From assembly GCA_963767925.1 (NCBI GenBank), contig CAVYGB010000010.1:544001-608000 (forward strand): 64,000 bases of DNA, read 5' to 3'. The notes below the pieces were generated by a model that was not told the origin of the DNA, made no database searches, and saw nothing but the letters and a program-made list of their open reading frames with translations. The translations under genes were made by a program, and so were the position numbers. Below are positions 29,294-37,993 of the stretch, piece by piece. Every line of letters starts with the position of its first letter. The first letter of the stretch is position 1. Origin of the DNA: an uncultured delta proteobacterium (GTDB lineage Bacteria > Myxococcota_A > Polyangia > Fen-1088).

Positions 29294-31467
29294 GCGACGA
29301 CATCCTTCCCCGGTTGCTGGCCGCCTTCAAGGCCGAGCAGCGCGATCACGTCGAGAAGATCCGGGCCCTCATCCAGAAGCTGGCCCGGAGCGAGCGGCTG
29401 TCGCTCGAGGAGCTGGAGGAGGCCTTCCGCCGGGCCCACAGCGTCAAGGGGGCCGCCCGGGCGGTCGACCTGCACCCGGTCGAGACCCTGGCCCACTGCC
29501 TGGAGACGCTGTTCTCCCGGGTGCGCGAGGGGCGGCTGGCCCTCGACGGCCGCGGCGCCCAGACCATCCACCTCGTGCTCGACGCCATCGAGGACTGGGT
29601 GGCCACCTACTTCCAGAACAAGACCCCGGCCGAGCCGGTGGAAGCCCTCAACGCGGTCGAGGCCCTGCTGGGGCAGGAGGAGCCCCCGGGCCCTCCGCCA
29701 CCGGTCGAGCCGGCGGCGGCGCCCGCCCCGCCCTTGCCCCCGGCGACCGACGAGGCGCTGCGGATCGACGCCCGCGCGCTCGAGCGCCTGACCCTGGCCT
29801 GCGATCGGGTGTCGGCGGAGATCTCCGGCCAGCAGGCCTTCGGGGCCAAGCTGCGCGCCATCGAGACGGCGGTGATCGACCTCGAGCTCGAGCGCGACAA
29901 GATCAAGCGCGGGCGGGGCGGCCTCGAACGGGTCCTGCGCGGGTCCCAGCTCCAGCCGGTGAGCCGCTACCTCGAGCGGGTCCACCGCGGCGTGCGGGCC
30001 CTGCGCAAGGACCTGCGCGACCTGCGGGTGGCCCAGGGGCGCCGGGCCTTCGGCCTCGACGCCGCCGGCGAGCAGCTCAAGCGCGAGGTGCTGCAGGCCC
30101 GCATGGTGACCGCCGAGAGCGCCCTGCCGGGGCTGCGCAAGATGGTGCGGGACCTGGCCCGCGACGAGCACCGGGCGGTCGAGCTGCAGGCCGAGGGGCT
30201 CGAGGTGCTGGCCGATCGGCTGGTCCTGCAGGCCCTCCGGGACCCGGTCATGCACATCCTGCGCAACTCGATCAGCCACGGCTTCCCGGCCGGCGCCGCC
30301 GCCGGGACCATCCGCCTCACCTTGCGCACGCAGGGCAACCACCTGCGGATCGCCGTCGCGGACGACGGCCGGGGGGTGGACTGGGCCGCCGTGACGGAGC
30401 ACGCCGTCAAGCGCGGCCACCTGGCCCCCCAGGACGTCGGGGTGGCCACCCCCGCGGAGCTGTCGCGCCTGCTGTTCCTGCCCGGGTTCTCCACCGCCCG
30501 CATGTTGACCGACCTGTCGGGCCGGGGCATGGGGCTGTCGGTGGTGGCCGAGACGGTCAAGCGGCTGCAGGGGCACATCTCGCTGCGATCGGAGCCGGGC
30601 GCCGGCACCACCATCGAGATCGTGGTGCCGATCTCCATCTCCAGCCACCAGCTCCTCATCCTCGAGTGCGGCGGGCAGCGCTTCGCCCTGCCGGTGTTGA
30701 CCCTCGATCGGCTGCTGCGGGTGCCGCTGGCCAGCGTCGTGACCGTGCAGGGGCGATCAGCGCTCCTGCTGGAGGGACGTCCGGTCCCGGTGGCGAACCT
30801 GGCCCGCCTGGTCGGCCTCGGCGACCTGCCCCTCTCGGTAGACGGCGAGGCCCTGCCGGTGGCGATCATGCGCTCGAGCGGGGGGGCGGTGGGGCTGGCG
30901 GCGAGCCGCTTCGTGGCGGTGGTGGACGCGGTCATCAAGACCATCCGGGGCGGGGCCGAGGCGGCGGCGGCCTTCGCCGGCGCGGTCCAGACCGAAGACG
31001 GAGCCATCGTGCTGGTGCTCGACCCCGCCGAGCTGCTGGCCCGCTACCGCACCCTCGAGTCGGGGGTCCTGCTGCGGGCGGAGAAGGCTCCCCCGCCGAA
31101 GCGCACCCCCACCATGCTGGTTGTCGACGACTCGGTCACCACCCGCACCCTCGAGAAGAGCATCCTCGAGGCCCACGGCTACCAGGTCATCCTGGCGGTC
31201 GACGGCGAGGAGGCCCTGCAACGCCTGCGGGCCGAGCGCACCGACCTGGCCATCGTCGATCTGCAGATGCCCCGCATGGACGGCTTCCAGCTCATCGAGC
31301 ATATGAAGCGGGACCGCACCCTGGCCAAGATCCCCGTCATCATCGTCAGCTCGCTCGACAGCCGGGAGGAGAAGGAGCGCGGCCTGGCCCTGGGGGCGGA
31401 GGCCTACATCGTGAAGGGGCGCTTCGACCACAAGGGCCTGCTCGATGCCATCCGCCAGATCTTGTGA
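29290..31467 (+). CDS. cheA: CheA-REC hybrid histidine kinase
   Basis: Hpt [41 protein letters not shown], CheW-like domain, C-terminal REC ([16 protein letters not shown]). Confidence 0.93.
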   Translation: MSDDILPRLLAAFKAEQRDHVEKIRALIQKLARSERLSLEELEEAFRRAHSVKGAARAVDLHPVETLAHCLETLFSRVREGRLALDGRGAQTIHLVLDAIEDWVATYFQNKTPAEPVEALNAVEALLGQEEPPGPPPPVEPAAAPAPPLPPATDEALRIDARALERLTLACDRVSAEISGQQAFGAKLRAIETAVIDLELERDKIKRGRGGLERVLRGSQLQPVSRYLERVHRGVRALRKDLRDLRVAQGRRAFGLDAAGEQLKREVLQARMVTAESALPGLRKMVRDLARDEHRAVELQAEGLEVLADRLVLQALRDPVMHILRNSISHGFPAGAAAGTIRLTLRTQGNHLRIAVADDGRGVDWAAVTEHAVKRGHLAPQDVGVATPAELSRLLFLPGFSTARMLTDLSGRGMGLSVVAETVKRLQGHISLRSEPGAGTTIEIVVPISISSHQLLILECGGQRFALPVLTLDRLLRVPLASVVTVQGRSALLLEGRPVPVANLARLVGLGDLPLSVDGEALPVAIMRSSGGAVGLAASRFVAVVDAVIKTIRGGAEAAAAFAGAVQTEDGAIVLVLDPAELLARYRTLESGVLLRAEKAPPPKRTPTMLVVDDSVTTRTLEKSILEAHGYQVILAVDGEEALQRLRAERTDLAIVDLQMPRMDGFQLIEHMKRDRTLAKIPVIIVSSLDSREEKERGLALGAEAYIVKGRFDHKGLLDAIRQIL

Positions 31468-31470
31468 CCC

Positions 31471-32526
31471 ATGAGGAAGATCCGGGTCATGGTGGTCGAG
31501 GACTCGCACGTGGTCCGCCTGCTGCTGAGCGAGATCATCGGCGGCGATCCCCGGCTGGAGGTGGCGGCGGCCTTCGCCAGCGCCGAGGAGGCGCTCGAGG
31601 CCCTGCACCGGGTGGCTCCCGACGTCATCTCCCTCGACATCCGCCTGGCCGGGATGAACGGCTTCGAGGCCACCCGGCGGATCATGGCCGAGCGGCCCAC
31701 CCCCATCGTGGTGGTCTCGGCCAGCGTCGAGGACGAGGACCTGAAGGTGTCGATCAACGCCCTGAGGGCGGGGGCCCTCTCGATCGTCGAAAAGCCGGTG
31801 GGGCTGACCCGCTCGGACTACCAGCGCCTGGCCAGCCAGATCTGCACCCAGCTCGCCATCATGAGCGAGGTCAAGGTGGTGCGGCAGCGCCGGCCTCCCG
31901 GCCCCCCCGCGAGGCCGCGCCCGCGTATGCCGGCGGCGCGAGAGCGAGGGCCCTTTCGCCTGCTGGCCCTCGTCGCCTCGACCGGGGGACCGGCCGCGCT
32001 GGCCTCCTTGCTGGGGGCCCTGCCGCCCGACTTCTCCCTGCCGATCCTGGTGGTGCAGCACATCGGGTCGACCTTCCTCGACGGCTTCGCGGTCTGGTTG
32101 AACGATCAGAGCCCGCTCGCGGTGTCGGTGGCCCGCGACGGCGAGGTCCCCGACCGGGGCAAGGTCCACCTGGCCCCCGCCGAACAGCACCTCGAGCTGC
32201 GGGCGGGTCGGCTCTGCTGGACCTGGGACCCGCCGGTGTCGAGCCAGCGCCCCTCGGGCACGGTGCTGTTCCGCTCGCTGGCCCGGGAGCTGGGCCCCCG
32301 GGCGATCGGGGTGTTGCTCACCGGGATGGGCGACGACGGGGCGACCGGCCTGCTCGACATGCGCCAGGCGGGGGCCCACACCATCACCGAGCACGAATCC
32401 ACCGCGGTGGTCTACGGCATGCCGATGGCCGCCAACCGGCTGGGCGCCGCCTGCGAGTCCCTCCCCCTGCCCGAGATCGCGCCCCGCCTCCTCGACCTGG
32501 TCGCCGCCGGGAGGACGGATGCCTAA
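31471..32526 (+). CDS. cheB: CheB methylesterase (REC + esterase)
   Basis: ASTGGP, VVQH, RPS, LLTGMGDDGA catalytic motifs; N-terminal REC domain. Confidence 0.94.
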   Translation: MRKIRVMVVEDSHVVRLLLSEIIGGDPRLEVAAAFASAEEALEALHRVAPDVISLDIRLAGMNGFEATRRIMAERPTPIVVVSASVEDEDLKVSINALRAGALSIVEKPVGLTRSDYQRLASQICTQLAIMSEVKVVRQRRPPGPPARPRPRMPAARERGPFRLLALVASTGGPAALASLLGALPPDFSLPILVVQHIGSTFLDGFAVWLNDQSPLAVSVARDGEVPDRGKVHLAPAEQHLELRAGRLCWTWDPPVSSQRPSGTVLFRSLARELGPRAIGVLLTGMGDDGATGLLDMRQAGAHTITEHESTAVVYGMPMAANRLGAACESLPLPEIAPRLLDLVAAGRTDA

Positions 32527-34117
32527 GATCGTCCTCGTCGAGGACTCGCCCACCCAGGCGATGAAGCTCGAGGCCATGTTGATGGCCGAGGGGTTCGCCG
32601 TCACCTGCTGCCCCACCGGGGAGGACGGCCTGCGCGTGATCGGCGAGCAGGTCGCCGATCTGATCGTCGTCGACTATTACCTGCCCGGCATGCGGGGCGA
32701 CGAGCTGTGCCGGCGCATCCGCATGAACATCGAGGCCCGCCAGCTCCCCATCCTCATGTTCACCGTCGACGAGACCCAGGCCAGCGAGCTGCGCGGCCTC
32801 GACGCCGGGGCCGACGACTACATGGCCAAGTCGGTCGACGCCCGGGTGCTCATCGCCCGCATCCGGGCTTTGCTGCGCAAGGGGCAGGAGAGCCAGGCCA
32901 TCCTCGGCGTGGCCCAGCCCCACCTGCGCGAGGTCTGGATGTTGACCGTCGACGACAGCCCCACCTACCTCGAGAAGATCACCCTCGAGCTGGAGCGGGA
33001 CGGCTACCGCTGCGAGCGGGCCACCTCCGGGCCGGAGTGCCTCGCGCGGCTGGGCGAGCGGCGCTTCGACTGCGTGCTGCTCGACCTCATCATGCCCGGC
33101 ATGGACGGGATCGAGGTCTGCCAGCGCATCACCGAGATGCGCCGGCAGATGCGCCACCCCCTGGCGATCCTCATGTTGACCGCCCAGGAGGGCAAGGAGG
33201 ACCTGGCCAGGGCGCTCGAGGCGGGGGCCGACGACTTCGTCGGCAAGTCCAACGAGATGCCGGTGCTCAAGGGGCGGATCCGGGCGCTGCTGCGCCGGAA
33301 CCTGTACCTCGAGGAGAACCGCCGCATCCTCGAGGAGCTCAAGGCCCAGGAGATGCAGACGGTGCGGGCCCACATCGAGAAGGAGGCGGCCCAGGCCCGG
33401 GCCTCCCTGGCCCTCAAGCTCGAGGTGGCCAACCGGGAGCTGGAGGCCTTCTCCTATTCGGTCTCCCACGACCTGCGGGCGCCGCTGCGGGCGGTGGACG
33501 GCTTCAGCCAGGCTCTGTTCGAGGACTACGGCGCCGCCCTGGACGAGCGGGGCCAGGAGTACCTGCGCCTCATCCGCCAGGGCTGCCAGCAGATGGGGCA
33601 GCTCATCGACGACCTGCTCAACCTGTCCCGGGTCATCCAGCACGAGATCTCGGTGGAGCGCACCGACCTGGCGGCCATCGCCCGGGGGGTAGTCGGGCGC
33701 CTGCAGCTCGCCGATCCCGGGCGGAAGGTGGCCTTCCACGCGCCGGCCGAGCTGCTGGTGGAAGGCGACCCCGGGCTGCTGCGGGCGGCGCTCGAGAACC
33801 TGATCGGCAACGCCTGGAAGTTCACCGGCAAGCGCTCCGACGCCGCCATCGAGGTCGGCAGCGAGGCGGGCGAGAGCGGCGAGACCGTCCACTACGTGCG
33901 CGACAACGGGGCCGGCTTCGACATGGGCTACGCCGAGAAGCTGTTCGGGGCCTTCCAGCGCCTGCACGCCGCCGACGACTTTCCCGGCACCGGCATCGGC
34001 CTGGCCACCGTCAAGCGGATCGTCTTGCGCCACGAGGGCCGCATCTGGGCCGAGGGCGCCGTGGGCCGGGGCGCGACCTTCCGCTTCACCCTGGGCGTCC
34101 GGCGCGCCCCGGGTTGA
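32519..34117 (+). CDS. REC-REC-HisKA-HATPase hybrid kinase (output of the che operon)
   Basis: Two receiver domains (VVDYYLPG, LLDLIMPG); FSYSVSHDLRAPL H-box; NLIGNAWKF, DNGAGF, LFGAFQRLH, GTGIGLA. Confidence 0.93.
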   Translation: MPKIVLVEDSPTQAMKLEAMLMAEGFAVTCCPTGEDGLRVIGEQVADLIVVDYYLPGMRGDELCRRIRMNIEARQLPILMFTVDETQASELRGLDAGADDYMAKSVDARVLIARIRALLRKGQESQAILGVAQPHLREVWMLTVDDSPTYLEKITLELERDGYRCERATSGPECLARLGERRFDCVLLDLIMPGMDGIEVCQRITEMRRQMRHPLAILMLTAQEGKEDLARALEAGADDFVGKSNEMPVLKGRIRALLRRNLYLEENRRILEELKAQEMQTVRAHIEKEAAQARASLALKLEVANRELEAFSYSVSHDLRAPLRAVDGFSQALFEDYGAALDERGQEYLRLIRQGCQQMGQLIDDLLNLSRVIQHEISVERTDLAAIARGVVGRLQLADPGRKVAFHAPAELLVEGDPGLLRAALENLIGNAWKFTGKRSDAAIEVGSEAGESGETVHYVRDNGAGFDMGYAEKLFGAFQRLHAADDFPGTGIGLATVKRIVLRHEGRIWAEGAVGRGATFRFTLGVRRAPG

Positions 34118-34124
34118 GCGGGCC

Positions 34125-35942
34125 TCAGCGGCGGGGGACGCCGGCCAGGAACGATTCGGCCAGGACGCCGAGCTCGCGGGTGTCGATCGGCTTGCTGACG
34201 TAGGCGTCGAACCCCGCGCTCAGCAGGCGCTCGCGCACGCCCTTCATGACGTGGGCAGTGGTGGCCAGCACCGGCGTCGCGCGCAGGGTCTCGTCGCTGC
34301 GGATCTCGGCCAGCAGGCGCTCGCCGCCGCCGTCGGGGAACTGGATGTCGGTGAGCACGAGGTCGGGGTGGCGGGCGTGCATCGCCGCCAGGGCCCCGGC
34401 CACCGAGTCGGCCTCCAGGACCTCGTGGCCGCGCTGCTCGAAGATGGCCCGCGCCAGAAAGCGGCTCGGCACGTCGTCCTCCACGACGAGGATGCAGGCC
34501 CGGCGCGGCGGCCCCGCGCTGGCCGGCGGGCGGCTGGCGGCGGGAGCCGCGGCAGGCGCCCACGCAGCCCCGGGCGGCGTGGGGTGGGTGGGACCAGACG
34601 GGCTGGCCGCCGCGGGCCTGCCGGACGGCGCGGGGGAACCGGGCGGGGACGCCGCCGGGGGGAGCGCCGCCGCGAGGACGGGCGACACGGGCGCGCCGGG
34701 CGGGCGCGCGGACAGGGCCACCGGATCGGGCGCCACCGCCGGGGCCTCCCCGGTCGATCGCCGGGTGCCCGTCGCCCCGCCCACCTCGACCGGGGGGGGC
34801 GCCGCCTTCAGCGGCAGCCGGATGGTGAAGGTCGAGCCGCGGCCGGGCGCGCTCTCGACGTGGATCGACCCGCCGTGCAGCTCCACCAGCCGCTTGGTCA
34901 GGGCCAGGCCGAGCCCGGTCCCCTCGGGGCGATCGCCGCCGCGGGTGGGGACCTGCTCGAAGTCGGCGAACAGCCGCTTGAGGTCGGCGGGCTCGATGCC
35001 GATCCCGGTGTCGGTCACCGCCACCATCATCTCGTCCCCGATGCTGCGGGCGTCGAGGTGGACCGAGCCGCCCGGGGGCGTGAACTTGATGGCGTTGGCC
35101 ACCAGGTTGTAGAGGATCTGCTTGAAGCGGACCGGATCCACCGAGATGGTGGGCAGCTCGATCGGCATCAGGCTGCTGAGGGACAGCCGCTTCTTGTCGG
35201 CCAGCGGCCGCAGCGACGCGCACACCGAGCCACCGACCGCCGGCACCGAGGTCTCCTCCCGGCTCAGCTCCATCCGCCCGGCCTCGATCTTCGCGACGTC
35301 GAGGATCTGGTTGATGAGGGTCAACAGGTGCCGGCTGCTCTCGATGACGTTGCGGACATAGCCCGTCTGCTTGCCGCTGAGCGCGCCGGCCGCCCCCTCC
35401 TCGAGCAGCTCGGAGAACCCCAGGATGGCGTTGAGAGGGGTGCGCAGCTCGTGGCTCAAGGTCGCCAGGAACTTGCTCTTGGCCTCGTTGGCCGACTCGG
35501 CCCGCTCCTTCTCGCGCAGGGCCTCCTCGGCCGCCTTGCGGGCCGCCCGGCTCTCCCGGCGCTCGCTGGCCTCCGCCACCTCCCGCTGCACGCTGGGGCT
35601 CAGCCGGGCCAGCCGCCCCTTGCTGAGGTAGTCCTGGGCCCCCGCCCGCATCGCCGCCACCGCCACGTCCTCACCGATGGTGCCGGACACGATGATGAAG
35701 GGGACGTCGATCCCCAGCTCCTTGACCAGGGCCAGCGCCGCGGTCGAGCTGAAGGCCGGCATGGCGTGGTCCGAGATGACGACGTCCCACTCCTCTTGCT
35801 CGAGGGCCTGCTTCATGTCGGCGTGGGTGAACACGCGACGGTGTGTGGGGGCGTAGCCACCTGTGCGCAGCGCCCGCAGCGTGAGGGCCCCGTCGGACTC
35901 CGAGTCCTCGACCAGCAACACGCGCAGCGGCAGGTCGGCCAT
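34125..35942 (-). CDS. REC-HisKA-HATPase-REC hybrid kinase with Pro/Ala linker
   Basis: MADLPLRVLLVED REC; FLATLSHELRTPLN; NLVANAIKF, DTGIGI, GTGLGL; ~80-aa P/A-rich linker; C-terminal REC (VLTDIQFP, SKP). Confidence 0.9.
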   Translation of the reverse strand: MADLPLRVLLVEDSESDGALTLRALRTGGYAPTHRRVFTHADMKQALEQEEWDVVISDHAMPAFSSTAALALVKELGIDVPFIIVSGTIGEDVAVAAMRAGAQDYLSKGRLARLSPSVQREVAEASERRESRAARKAAEEALREKERAESANEAKSKFLATLSHELRTPLNAILGFSELLEEGAAGALSGKQTGYVRNVIESSRHLLTLINQILDVAKIEAGRMELSREETSVPAVGGSVCASLRPLADKKRLSLSSLMPIELPTISVDPVRFKQILYNLVANAIKFTPPGGSVHLDARSIGDEMMVAVTDTGIGIEPADLKRLFADFEQVPTRGGDRPEGTGLGLALTKRLVELHGGSIHVESAPGRGSTFTIRLPLKAAPPPVEVGGATGTRRSTGEAPAVAPDPVALSARPPGAPVSPVLAAALPPAASPPGSPAPSGRPAAASPSGPTHPTPPGAAWAPAAAPAASRPPASAGPPRRACILVVEDDVPSRFLARAIFEQRGHEVLEADSVAGALAAMHARHPDLVLTDIQFPDGGGERLLAEIRSDETLRATPVLATTAHVMKGVRERLLSAGFDAYVSKPIDTRELGVLAESFLAGVPRR

Positions 35943-35985
35943 GACGGTCAACGGACTCGTCGATTGTACACCAGCCCGGGCGCGC

Positions 35986-36345
35986 TCACCCTGTCCGGGA
36001 GCAGGCCGATTTCTTCTCGATGAACAGGGCGAGGCCATCGAGCACCCGCTCGAGCCCGAAGGCGAACGAACCCTCCGGGTCGTGGGCCCCGTAGGCCTCG
36101 CCGAAGGCGCTGCCAACCCGCGAGGCAACCGGATAGTCCGGGCGGACCCGCTCATCACCTCGTTGAGGAACGGCTCGACCTTGTTCCACCACTCGGTGTC
36201 GGTCATCCCGGTGCGCTCCTTGACCCAGCGCTCGCGGGCCGCGCCCCGCACCGCCCCTGAGACGTAGTCGAGGATCAGGGTCAGCGCCCGATCCATCTCC
36301 AGGTCGTCGAGCCCGATGCCGTCGACGGCCGACAGCTCGGCGTCG
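35986..36345 (-). pseudogene. Fragment of a TetR-family regulator C-terminal domain, no HTH, one frameshift (~36145)
   Basis: DAELSAVDGIGLDDLEMDRALTLILDYVSG...TGMTDTEWW in one frame continues as DYPVASRVG..AYGAHDPEGSFAFGLERVLDGLA in another. Confidence 0.65.
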
Positions 36346-36496
36346 TGCGGCCGCTGCCCTACCCGGCACCTGCCCTGTAAAAAGTCCGGGCATCCGCGGC
36401 GCGGCGGGTGCAACCGGGGTTGTTCGTGAAACCGTTCGCGTTGTAGGTTGCGCCGTCCCCCCGGTTTCCACCACACACAGCGCCAGGAGGCAGACG

Positions 36497-37775
36497 GTGC
36501 GCCACCCCCGACGAGCCGAGATTCTCTTTTCCCGCTCTTCTCACCGCAACCCTCCTGACCGCCCTGGCCGGCTGTGGCGCCCGCAACGGCGGCGGCACGG
36601 GCCCCGAGGGCCCCGCCGGCGAGCCCCCACGCCCGACCGCGCCGACCCCTCCCCCCGGCGCCGGCGCGCCTCCGTCCCCCACCACGCCCGTCGCCACCCC
36701 GCCCGCGCCGACCCCCGCGCCCGGCACCGCGACACCCCCGCCCGCGCCCGGCACCCCCGAGCCGACGCCGCCGGCGCCCACGCCGCCCGAGCCGACACCG
36801 CCCGGCACCGCCCCCCCGCCCGCGCCCGGCGAGCCGGCGCCCGCGCCCGGCGCTCCCGCCGGCAAGCCGATGCAGATCTACTGGATCGACGTCGAGGGCG
36901 GCGCCGCCACCCTCCTCGTCGCTCCCGGCGGCCAGACCCTGCTGATGGACGCCGGCTGGGGCGACAACCGCGGCGGCGCCGCCCGCGTCGGCCCGGTCCT
37001 CGAAGAGGTCGGCGCCAAGCAGCTCGACTACTTCCTCGCCAGCCACTACCACGTCGACCACCTCAGCGGCGTCGGCTCGCTCGCCCGCGCCATCCCGATC
37101 CTGAGCTTCATCGACCACGGCATGAACACCGAGGGCAGCGACTACGGCTACGGCGCCGCCGCTGCCGGCAAGCGCAAGAGCAGCAAGCCCGGGGACAAGC
37201 TGCAGCTCGGCGAGGTCGAGGTGACGATCGTCAGCGGCGCCCGCCAGGTCATCGCCCCGCTGCCCGGCGCCCGCCCCAACCCGCTGTGCGAGGGCGCCCA
37301 GACCAAGAACGACGGCAACGACGAGGACCCCCAGAGCCTCGGCTTTCTCGCCCGCTTCGGCAGCTTCGAGTTCGTCGACCTCGGCGACCTCACCTGGGGG
37401 GTCGAGCACCAGCTCGCCTGTCCCATGAACCGCCTCGGCGAGATCGAGATCTTCCAGTCCAGCCAGCACGGCTCGACCGAATCGAACCCCCCGCAGCTCG
37501 TGCACGCCCTCGCCCCCCAGGCCATCGTGGTCAACAACGGCGCCGGCAAGGGGGGCCAGGCCGGGGCCCTGCAGGTCTTCAAGCGCACGCCCGGCATGAA
37601 GGACCTCTGGCAGATCCACCGCAGCAACGCGGCCGGCGAGGCCAACACCGAGGACGCCCTCATCGCCAACACCGGCAACACGAACAACTACCTCCGCGCG
37701 ACCATCCAGCCCGACGGCAGCTTCACCATCTTCAACCCGCGCACGGAGATGTCGCGCAGCTACAAGTCTCGCTGA
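36497..37775 (+). CDS. ComEC/Rec2-like MBL-fold metallohydrolase lipoprotein with Pro/Thr stalk (needs a +1 shift at ~36530)
   Basis: Catalytic domain from 36870 (IDVEGG.ATL, DAG, SHYHVDH, DLGDL). The same frame upstream holds a Pro-rich linker and lipobox LAGC but no start codon. AGGAGG plus GTG at 36497 is one base out of frame. Confidence 0.8.
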
Positions 37776-37993
37776 GCGCCCGCGCGCCGCTCCACGATCG
37801 AGACGGCCCACCGCGCACGGCTCAGCGCGTGCGCCTACAGATCCCCACCAGTCCGCGACTTGACGCCGGCCGACCTGCGGCGACGTGCGCCGGAGACGCA
37901 CCCCGAGCTACCGCCCGGAAACGTCGCCGGCGTATAGTACTGCCTTAAGCGACCTTACAACCTGGCGGAAGCCGGGCACCTCTGGAGGTAGTC

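Noticed and set aside
36600..36860. Repetitive C-rich tracts here and at 59499-59655 as a possible CRISPR or non-coding array
   Set aside because: They are in-frame Pro/Thr/Ala linker codons with no constant repeat and unique spacer pattern. No cas genes are present.
34125..37901. 1258-aa ORF suggesting a giant hybrid kinase
   Set aside because: Its N-terminal part is antisense to the MBL hydrolase and crosses the TetR remnant. Kinase homology starts at ATG 35942.
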